A DNA stretch of 18,209 nucleotides from a virus. The position numbers and the translations under genes are program-made. Shown one piece after another: positions 5,412 to 12,424 of the stretch (the first letter of the stretch is position 1; each line of letters starts with the position of its first letter). The stretch spans positions 1 through 18,209 of IMG/VR virus record IMGVR_UViG_3300045988_089479. One strand, written 5' to 3'. The notes beneath the pieces were generated by a model that made no database searches, was not told the origin of the DNA, and saw only the letters and a list, made by a program, of their open reading frames with translations.

Positions 5412-7124
5412 ATGTCCGATATCCGACCACTTGCAGGCAAAGGTGACGTTGAGATCTTCAACGCCGTCCGCTCCGCCACATCCCCCCAGTTTCAGGTGCG
5501 TATCCCGTCCGCGACTCAAGGCAATATCCGCAACGCGGTGGACACCATGCGCAGCTTTCCCTACTTGCGCGACGAGTTCACCGGCGTGCTAATCCAGCGT
5601 TTGATTGGACTGTATATCCAGCATGCGGATTGGGATGATCCGCTCAAGCTGATTGGTTCGCCGCGCACCCTCAAGCGTTACGGTAGCACTTATGAGCAGG
5701 CCGCAGTGGGACTCGTCAAAGCCCGCACCCGTAACTTCAACAAAGAGTACCTTGGGGGTGACGTGTATGGGCGTTACTCATTGCCGACTGCTTCGGTGTT
5801 CCACCCCCTAACTTTCGACCACTATTACCCCGTGACCATTCCGGAAGACGCCTTGCTGACGGCTTTCGACGGCGAAAGCGGCATGTCGGATTATATCAGC
5901 GAAATTATGAACGCTCCTATCCTCTCGGATAGAAACGACATGTATTTGATGAAGACGCAGACGTTCGCCGAATACGCTCGTAAGGGCGGTTTCTACCGCG
6001 TGCATACCCCCGACGTTGGCAAGGCCGACTCTGCCGAGGCCGACGCGAAGGGCCTGCTGCGACTCATTCAACAGGTGGCGAACGAACTCAAGGCGTCGCC
6101 AATGAGCGCCATGCCGCGCTATAACGCCATGAGCTGGGTGACTCCGTGGCGTGATTCGGAAGCCATTCTCTTCGCTACGCCGCAGGTTATCGCCGCACTC
6201 AACGTCGAAGCCCTCGCCGCCGCGTTCAACATCGATAAAGTGAACATTCCGTATCGCATTATCCCAATTCCGGAGGATATGTTCGGCATCGGTGGCGCGG
6301 CCGGTAAGGTTCAGGCCGTCCTGACCACGGAAGACTTCTTCTTCTGCTGGGACGAAATGCTTGAGACCACGAATTCCCCCGTGAACCCGATTGACGGAAC
6401 GCGCAACATCTTCTACAAGCACCGTGGGTCAATCACCCCTAACCCGTTCGCGAACGCGGTACTGTTTTGGACCGGTGAAGGTTCCAGCGAGTCCGTGACC
6501 CTGCCGGATACGCTCACCACCTCCACGCCTAAGTTCGAGCTGCGCGTGAGGAAGTATGGTCAGCTTGCCATCACTCCGCAGAACGTGTCGCGTGGTGACT
6601 TGGTGCAGGTGGTTTCCACCATCACGAGCGCCAACGAGGAGACGGCTACGTTCCAGCCGACAGGCATTAAGTATGCCGTCGAAGGCGCCACTTCTCAGTT
6701 CACCACCATTGACAATGACGGCATTCTGCGTTGCGGCCTTGACGAAACCGCCGAAACGCTGAAAGTCACCGCTCAGGCAACCTACATCAACCCGGCCACG
6801 CCTGAAATCGACCAGACGGTTTCCGCCGCACTGTCCGTGCCGGTGGTCGGCCAATGGCTCGGAGGCTGGAAAGCCGGAGCCATCGAGTCCATCGAGATTC
6901 AGGGCGAAAAGACTGTCAAGAACGGCGGTCATGTCGCACTCAAGGCGATTGCCACCAAGACGGACGGCAACACCGCGGACGTGACCAACCTCGCCATGTG
7001 GACTGTGGACAAAAACGCAACCATCACCCCCAACGGCGTGCTGACCGGGACCACTGCCGGTACCGCCAACGTTACTGCGAAATTCGCGGGAGCCACCGGA
7101 ACGGCAAAGGTCACCGTCGCATAG
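5412..7124 (+). CDS. Major capsid protein, phi29 gp8-like, with C-terminal Ig-like (BIG2-type) domains
   Basis: By-eye similarity to phi29 gp8 includes VEIFNAVRS ~ YDIVNAIRNS, LIQRLIGLY ~ LVDRIGLV, and FANAVLFWTG ~ FANAVAFVSG. The C-terminus contains two segments typical of Big_2 domains (YAVEGATSQFTTIDNDGILRCG...LKVTAQAT and WTVDKNATITPNGVLTGTTAGTANVTAKFAGATGTAKVTV). Confidence 0.9.
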   Translation: MSDIRPLAGKGDVEIFNAVRSATSPQFQVRIPSATQGNIRNAVDTMRSFPYLRDEFTGVLIQRLIGLYIQHADWDDPLKLIGSPRTLKRYGSTYEQAAVGLVKARTRNFNKEYLGGDVYGRYSLPTASVFHPLTFDHYYPVTIPEDALLTAFDGESGMSDYISEIMNAPILSDRNDMYLMKTQTFAEYARKGGFYRVHTPDVGKADSAEADAKGLLRLIQQVANELKASPMSAMPRYNAMSWVTPWRDSEAILFATPQVIAALNVEALAAAFNIDKVNIPYRIIPIPEDMFGIGGAAGKVQAVLTTEDFFFCWDEMLETTNSPVNPIDGTRNIFYKHRGSITPNPFANAVLFWTGEGSSESVTLPDTLTTSTPKFELRVRKYGQLAITPQNVSRGDLVQVVSTITSANEETATFQPTGIKYAVEGATSQFTTIDNDGILRCGLDETAETLKVTAQATYINPATPEIDQTVSAALSVPVVGQWLGGWKAGAIESIEIQGEKTVKNGGHVALKAIATKTDGNTADVTNLAMWTVDKNATITPNGVLTGTTAGTANVTAKFAGATGTAKVTVA

Positions 7125-7144
7125 TGACAATTGCCAACCGCTAG

Positions 7145-7185
7145 AATAGGTGTGGATAGACTTATATCCACACCTATTATTTTTT
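7145..7185 (+). terminator. Strong intrinsic terminator after the capsid gene
   Basis: A 14-bp perfect stem pairs aataggtgtggata (7145-7158) with tatccacacctatt (7165-7178). The loop is 6 nt and is followed by atttttt. AGGAGG and ATG 7197 follow immediately. Confidence 0.8.
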
Positions 7186-7196
7186 AGGAGGACCTT

Positions 7197-9425
7197 ATGA
7201 GCGCGAACGACCTGCCGATTAATTTCTCGTACGCCAAGTGGACGCCGAACACACGGTTCAAGCTTTGCAACGTACCGTGGGATATGGGATATAGGGATAT
7301 CGTAAAATGGGACAGGCAATCTCAAAAATCGTATTTCGACCGACTGGACGGCATCGAGTTCTCGGACTGCACTATGGCGAAATACGGCTTGCCGGTACGA
7401 CTGCCGATTCCGTTCGCACAAGCCAGTCAATATAACTACCTGATTGCCACGAATGACTACGACTTCGACACCCCACGTTCATGGTATTATTTTGTCCAGA
7501 CGTGCGATTACGTCAACGCGCACACCACACAACTCAATATCCAACTGGACGTATGGCAGAGTTTCCAACATGATATCCAACTCGGCAACGCCTATGTCGA
7601 ACGGGGGCATGTCGGAGTTGCGAACGAAAACGCGTGGAAAGACTATGGCCGCACCTATCTCGACCTACCCGAAGGACTGGACACAGGAAAGGCAATGGTA
7701 GTCACTGGGCAGCAATACAAGAGTTTGATTGGCGAAACGAACGGGTACACCACCTTCGGCGTGATCGTAGTGTCCACTACGAAACTGGACACTGACCCCG
7801 GCACGGCAAGCGCGCCGAAAACCACGTGCGCGGATGGCAGCGCATTTGAAAACCACACAAACGGCACAGCATTATACTATTTTTCGGACGCCTTGGACTT
7901 CCTTGCCGTCATGGGCGCGGGCGCGGAATACCCTTGGGTGACACAAGGTATTTGCGGCATCTACGCTATCCCCCAGCTTCCGGAAGCCCTTTTAAAAAAT
8001 CAGCAGAAGCCGGGCGTGTTCTTCAATCACATGATTGACTGGCGCGGCGACTGCTACCGGTTGGAAATACGCCACAATGACGCTAAAAGCCGCTACGCCG
8101 ACATCATCCATATCAAGGATTTCCGCGATAATTTCAAACTCCCCGAACGGTACAGGTATCTGCAAAAATTCCGCACCGCACCATATGCGGTACTGGAGTG
8201 CTCGTGCCTTAACGGGACTGTGATTACTTATAATCCCGAGCAGATTCCGAGTGCTGACTTGACTATCCGGGAGTCGTGGGACTACGCGCCGCCATCTCCG
8301 CGACTTAATTTTTATCCGCGCGGGTACAACGCAGGCGGTGTCAGCGAACAATCGCCGTTGCCGAACGATTCCGGATTGCCGATTGATTCCGGCGAAATGC
8401 TCAACGCGAGTTTCGGCATCACCGATTTTCCAACCTTCATGACAGTCAACAACGGTAGCGCCCTTGCCCTTGCCAATTCCGCGTATACGCGCCAATATGC
8501 CCAGCAGAGCGCGGATTGGAGTTTTCAGAAAACGCAGATGGGCATTAACAACGCCTACGCTCAAGCGCAACTTGGCACGCAGTATGCGAGTGCCCAGAAT
8601 CGACTTGGCACCTCGAATCGTAATGCCATGAATGCCATTAGCAACCAGAGCGCGCAAATGAGTACTGACCTGACACTGAAAAACCTTGGGTTTAACAATC
8701 AAATGTCACAGCTCAACACTATCGGCAGTGGCGTGGCGAACGCGGTTGGCTCCGCCGTCGCGGGTAATGTTGGCGGCGTGGCCGGTGCCATTGCTGGAAC
8801 CGCAATCGGCGCATGGACAAACCAGATGACCTATGATAACAACGTGTCAACCGCGAACCAGCAATTGGCGAACACGCAAACCACTAACAACGCAAGCACC
8901 TCACAGGCCAATGCCTACTCGCTTGCGCAAACCAATTTGTCCAACCAACAGACAATGCAGTTCGCGGATATGAACAAGCAACTTGCTCAGGCCACGGCGC
9001 AAGGCGATTATGAGAACACGATTGCGGGCATTAATGCGCAGGTGCAGCAGACTCAGACAGTACCCCCTACCACGTCGGGAGCGCTTGGTGGAGACGCATT
9101 TAACCTTGCCAACGGGCTAATTGGCGTGATGATACGCTTCCGGCAGATACCGCCCGCAGCCATGCGCTCCATTGGCGAAGTATGGCTAAGATACGGGTAT
9201 TACGTGCAACGCTTCATGAAGCTGCCGGAAAATCTCATGGCAATGACCAATTTCACCTACTGGAAACTTCATGAGCTGTACGTGCGTTCGAGCACGTGCC
9301 CCGAAGAGTATCGCTTGACCGTAAAAGGTATTTTTGAAAGTGGCGTTACCGTATGGACAGACCCTAATAAAATCGGTGTCACCGACTATGCGGACAACGT
9401 GCCGCTCAGCGGTATCGCATACTAA
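7197..9425 (+). CDS. Tail knob / distal tail tube protein, phi29 gp9-like (742 aa)
   Basis: The N-terminal region aligns by eye with phi29 gp9. FKLCNVPWDMGYRDIVKW matches RILADVPFSNDYKNTRWF. SWYYFVQTCDYVNAHTTQLNIQLDVWQSFQHDIQLGNAYVERGHV matches [46 protein letters not shown]. The gene lies just upstream of the portal gene, as in phi29. Confidence 0.85.
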   Translation: MSANDLPINFSYAKWTPNTRFKLCNVPWDMGYRDIVKWDRQSQKSYFDRLDGIEFSDCTMAKYGLPVRLPIPFAQASQYNYLIATNDYDFDTPRSWYYFVQTCDYVNAHTTQLNIQLDVWQSFQHDIQLGNAYVERGHVGVANENAWKDYGRTYLDLPEGLDTGKAMVVTGQQYKSLIGETNGYTTFGVIVVSTTKLDTDPGTASAPKTTCADGSAFENHTNGTALYYFSDALDFLAVMGAGAEYPWVTQGICGIYAIPQLPEALLKNQQKPGVFFNHMIDWRGDCYRLEIRHNDAKSRYADIIHIKDFRDNFKLPERYRYLQKFRTAPYAVLECSCLNGTVITYNPEQIPSADLTIRESWDYAPPSPRLNFYPRGYNAGGVSEQSPLPNDSGLPIDSGEMLNASFGITDFPTFMTVNNGSALALANSAYTRQYAQQSADWSFQKTQMGINNAYAQAQLGTQYASAQNRLGTSNRNAMNAISNQSAQMSTDLTLKNLGFNNQMSQLNTIGSGVANAVGSAVAGNVGGVAGAIAGTAIGAWTNQMTYDNNVSTANQQLANTQTTNNASTSQANAYSLAQTNLSNQQTMQFADMNKQLAQATAQGDYENTIAGINAQVQQTQTVPPTTSGALGGDAFNLANGLIGVMIRFRQIPPAAMRSIGEVWLRYGYYVQRFMKLPENLMAMTNFTYWKLHELYVRSSTCPEEYRLTVKGIFESGVTVWTDPNKIGVTDYADNVPLSGIAY

Positions 9426-9426
9426 T

Positions 9427-9465
9427 ATAATGGAGAGAGTATAACTACTCTCTCCATTATTTATT
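9427..9465 (+). terminator. Intercistronic stem-loop (15-bp perfect stem) with a weak T-tract
   Basis: ataatggagagagta (9427-9441) pairs with tactctctccattat (9446-9460). The loop is 4 nt and is followed by ttatt. Confidence 0.5.
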
Positions 9466-9480
9466 AGGATGGTGAACAAC

Positions 9481-10419
9481 ATGGGTAAGCGCAATAACGC
9501 ACGTAAGGCGACGCACTGGGATAATCAAAGCGTGCTTGGTAGCATGTGGGGCAATCTCAATCTGCCTGAAATGCGGCAGTCACTCAGAATCAATCAGTAC
9601 ATGAAGCTGATTGAAATGTTGGCGGTGTCCCGTTTCAGGTGGATCAATCTGCCGCCGTATATCGACGAAAGATATTTGGAGCTGACTCTGTTCGAAAACG
9701 GCCTTGCCCTCTTTTTCCCCGACAAACGCAAGGGAGTACACCGTTTTATGGTCACTTCCGGCAACATTGGCGGAGTGAACAATTACAATAATCCTACGCT
9801 TTTTCAGCCCGTCGCCACCAATTATTCACACCCGCAAATCGGGAGCAAGCAGTGTGTGCCGATTTGGGATAATCAGTTGCGTTGCACCATGATTGATGTC
9901 ATGTGGAATTACGCGACACGTTTGGCTATCGCGGACAGGGCGCTTGACGTCAACTTGGACAATATCAGCGTACCGCTGATTATCGCCACGTCCGAAACCA
10001 ACAAACTCACCGCCGAAAATCTAATGAAGGCGCGTGAAGACGGAGACCCCTACGTCTACACGTATGACAGCGCCGATATCACCGGCATGTTTCAGACGTT
10101 CCCCAACATGACGCCATTCCTCGCGGATAAAATCATCACCACCAAAACGCAGGTATGGAACGAACTCGTCAATTATCTCGGCATTGACAACAGTACGACG
10201 GAAAAGAAGGAGCGACTGCTTGAGTCGGAAGTGACGGCAGGTAATTCGCGTACGAACGTTTTCCGCCTGAGCTATCTCAAGGCACGTCAACAGGCGTGCG
10301 ACACCATTAACCGACTGTGGCCGCAAATGGCCGATTCAGGAAAACCAATTAGTATCGAATGGAACGACACCACCAGCGGTGGCTTGCTGGACGTCGATGG
10401 AAACAAGGAGGAAGAATAA
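9481..10419 (+). CDS. Portal / upper collar connector protein, phi29 gp10-like
   Basis: By-eye alignment to phi29 gp10 gives FRWINLPPYIDERYLELTLFENG ~ [23 protein letters not shown] and WNELVNYLGIDNSTTEKKERLLESEV ~ [26 protein letters not shown]. The track start at 9469 has no spaced SD. ATG 9481 follows AGGATGGTG (9466-9474). The start is uncertain by 12 nt. Confidence 0.9.
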   Translation: MGKRNNARKATHWDNQSVLGSMWGNLNLPEMRQSLRINQYMKLIEMLAVSRFRWINLPPYIDERYLELTLFENGLALFFPDKRKGVHRFMVTSGNIGGVNNYNNPTLFQPVATNYSHPQIGSKQCVPIWDNQLRCTMIDVMWNYATRLAIADRALDVNLDNISVPLIIATSETNKLTAENLMKAREDGDPYVYTYDSADITGMFQTFPNMTPFLADKIITTKTQVWNELVNYLGIDNSTTEKKERLLESEVTAGNSRTNVFRLSYLKARQQACDTINRLWPQMADSGKPISIEWNDTTSGGLLDVDGNKEEE

Positions 10420-11231
10420 TGGTGCAGGACTTGAGCATGTACTCCATCAAAGACAGCATGGCGGATTGTACGCTGACGCTTGGCAATCTGATCGCACGCG
10501 GTTTCGACACGGACGAAAAACTGCACTTGAGTCCGCAATATTACCCGATTTTCGATGAAAATTATAGGGCGAAACTTAACGAGAAAATCGTGGCACACTA
10601 CGCGTTGCGTGAGATTGGTTCGGAAACGCCGCAGATGTTCGTCTTTTACTTGGGGCGTACCATGCGTGAGCAGATGGACTATTTCAACCAACTGTATTTG
10701 TCCGCGCAACGCAAGTTCGACCCTTTTATCACTTCGGACATTCGGCAGGAAATGGACTCGACCAGCACGAACGAGTCCAGCGGAAAATCGAGCGGCACAC
10801 AGTCGAACGAGTCCACGGCGAACAGCACGTCCGACACTAAGGCCGACAATTCGTCAATGACTTTTAATTCGGAGTTTCCGCAGACTCGTATCGATGATTT
10901 TAGGCAATACGCCACCAGCGCGTCGCAAACCGACTCGACCGGCAACACGCATACAAGCACGCAACAGGACAGCAGCACCACCGCGTCCAGTACCAGCAAC
11001 ACCGATTTTTCACATTCGTCTGACAAAGGCAACAGCGTGTCGCATACGCTCGGCACTAGTGGCTCGCAATCCCAGCTTTTGCTTGACTGGCGTAATACCA
11101 TGCTCAACATTGATATGATGGTTGTAAACTCACTCGAAGAACTCTTTCTTGGTATGTGGGGCAGTGGCGACAATATGACCAACGTGCCGCAGCTTTACAG
11201 CACGAGTCTCGCTTACAACTTAGGTCACTAG
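10419..11231 (+). CDS. Lower collar protein, phi29 gp11-like (270 aa)
   Basis: The gene follows the portal gene, as in phi29. ATG 10419 overlaps the portal stop codon (TAATG) and follows AAGGAGG (10405-10411). The motif YPIFDENYRAKLNEKIVAHYALREIGSETPQMF resembles the conserved N-terminal region I recall for gp11-type proteins. The central part is S/T-rich low complexity. The track start at 10359 would overlap the portal gene by 60 nt. Confidence 0.7.
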   Translation: MVQDLSMYSIKDSMADCTLTLGNLIARGFDTDEKLHLSPQYYPIFDENYRAKLNEKIVAHYALREIGSETPQMFVFYLGRTMREQMDYFNQLYLSAQRKFDPFITSDIRQEMDSTSTNESSGKSSGTQSNESTANSTSDTKADNSSMTFNSEFPQTRIDDFRQYATSASQTDSTGNTHTSTQQDSSTTASSTSNTDFSHSSDKGNSVSHTLGTSGSQSQLLLDWRNTMLNIDMMVVNSLEELFLGMWGSGDNMTNVPQLYSTSLAYNLGH

Positions 11232-11263
11232 GGTATACTTGACATTGACGGATTGGAGGATAT

Positions 11264-11863
11264 ATGGACGGACTTAACATGTGCGCCGCCCCCTTGGACA
11301 TTGACCCACGGCAACGCTATTTCACGACGGTGCAGCCTTTTAGCTACCGCGATACGTTGACGGTGCTCGGTTACGTGCAGGAGGTGGCCGAACATGTGGA
11401 CGAATTGCGCGAACAGCTAGACAATCTCGCCAAAGACGAGAACGCGGACGTCGAAGCCATCAAACAGCTGATAGCCGGTTTTAACGAGCAGTTCGAGCGC
11501 ATCAATAAAACCTTGGATGACTTGGAAAAGCAGGTTGGACAATACGAAGACTCGGCTCTTACGTATAATCCGACGCGCGGCAAGTATGAAGACTCGAAAA
11601 ACACGAACCGCGACATGTACCGTGAATTGGCCGTGTTCGGCGCACGAGTCAACCAAATGGCACAACTATCCACGCCAATGGCCGCCGCGCACACATGCCT
11701 TGAGTTCGCAGTGCTCGGCAACAAAACCATTTTCCACAACGACGAGCCACGCATCACACCACGCGACGTGCACGTGGATGACGGCGAACCCGTCAACCCT
11801 CTGTCGGTCGAAAATCTCGCCAATGGCGTCGTGGTCAACAATTTTATGAAAACCGCTCAGTAA
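11264..11863 (+). CDS. Putative tail/appendage structural protein with a coiled-coil segment (199 aa)
   Basis: The RBS is GGAGGA (11254-11259). A heptad-like helical stretch is present (HVDELREQLDNLAKDENADVEAIKQLIAGFNEQFERINKTLDDLEKQV). The gene lies between the collar and appendage genes. I recognise no family. Confidence 0.4.
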   Translation: MDGLNMCAAPLDIDPRQRYFTTVQPFSYRDTLTVLGYVQEVAEHVDELREQLDNLAKDENADVEAIKQLIAGFNEQFERINKTLDDLEKQVGQYEDSALTYNPTRGKYEDSKNTNRDMYRELAVFGARVNQMAQLSTPMAAAHTCLEFAVLGNKTIFHNDEPRITPRDVHVDDGEPVNPLSVENLANGVVVNNFMKTAQ

Positions 11864-11878
11864 TATAAGGAGAGACAA

Positions 11879-12232
11879 ATGGTACAGAAGACACCGAATT
11901 ATAATTTGGAGAAATATAGCTCGACCGATGCGCCGAATCTTGAAGGCTCGTACAATCGTTCGATGGATATTCTTGATACGACGCTGAAAACGCAGTCGGA
12001 TAGGATTGACGCCATTCCCACCCCAGAATCTTTGCCGGAAGGTTTGGGGGCGTTCGCCACCGCTCTTGGACTGAGCGCCGCGAACGCCGAAGCGCTCGGC
12101 ACCGCCCTTAATCATTTTCTTAATCGTGTTCCAGCAACCGGTGGCGGACAGTACACCGTCAAAAACCTTAATGACACGAAGGTCACTGCGGAAGGTCTGC
12201 CGTTCGTTTCCACCACCGCTTCAGGAGATTGA
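11879..12232 (+). CDS. Putative appendage/fibre protein (117 aa) carrying the shared N-terminal module
   Basis: The RBS is AAGGAGAG. Residues 7-36 (NYNLEKYSSTDAPNLEGSYNRSMDILDTTL) align without gaps to the N-termini of the next two genes. Confidence 0.6.
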   Translation: MVQKTPNYNLEKYSSTDAPNLEGSYNRSMDILDTTLKTQSDRIDAIPTPESLPEGLGAFATALGLSAANAEALGTALNHFLNRVPATGGGQYTVKNLNDTKVTAEGLPFVSTTASGD

Positions 12233-12237
12233 CGGTC

Positions 12238-12420
12238 ATGACGAACAGTCAGCAGACCACGCCCGTGGACTCCGCCGCATACGATGTGACGCGACATTGG
12301 GGGTTGCCCCTCTACAATGACGCGACACCAATGGACTTGCGCGACGGCTACAATCGCGCCATGCGCATGATTGACCAGATTTTAACCCAACTCAACACGC
12401 AAATCAGGGAAAAGGACTGA
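12238..12420 (+). CDS. Small protein (60 aa) made up almost entirely of the shared N-terminal module
   Basis: The track ORF is 12229..12420 with a TTG start. ATG 12238 lies 10 nt after AGGAG (12223-12227). Residues 20-49 (HWGLPLYNDATPMDLRDGYNRAMRMIDQIL) are identical to the 644-aa protein's module at 17 of 30 positions. Confidence 0.55.
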   Translation: MTNSQQTTPVDSAAYDVTRHWGLPLYNDATPMDLRDGYNRAMRMIDQILTQLNTQIREKD

Positions 12421-12424
12421 CAAA

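Noticed and set aside
6429-7430. Long minus-strand ORFs: 333 aa at 6429..7430, 204 aa at 5808..6422, 236 aa at 7992..8702, 203 aa at 13127..13738, 163 aa at 14754..15245, 167 aa at 10679..11182, and others
   Set aside because: Each lies entirely antisense to a + strand gene with clear homology or motifs (capsid, tail knob, GDPD appendage, CHAP hydrolase, lower collar). Their translations are low-complexity and Arg/Gly/Val-rich, and they lack convincing RBSs. They are typical shadow ORFs.
10359-10418. Upstream extension of the lower collar gene to 10359
   Set aside because: It would overlap the portal gene by 60 nt. ATG 10419 has a strong AAGGAGG SD and a TAATG stop/start overlap.
10740-11060. 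Ser/Thr-rich region of the lower collar gene as a possible DNA repeat array
   Set aside because: It is compositional low complexity at the protein level, with no consistent nucleotide period. I do not treat it as a repeat feature.
11239-11250. Tandem TTGACA-TTGACG hexamers as -35 elements
   Set aside because: No -10 element follows at appropriate spacing before the RBS at 11254. The hexamers may simply be part of the 5' UTR downstream of the GGGTATACT box.
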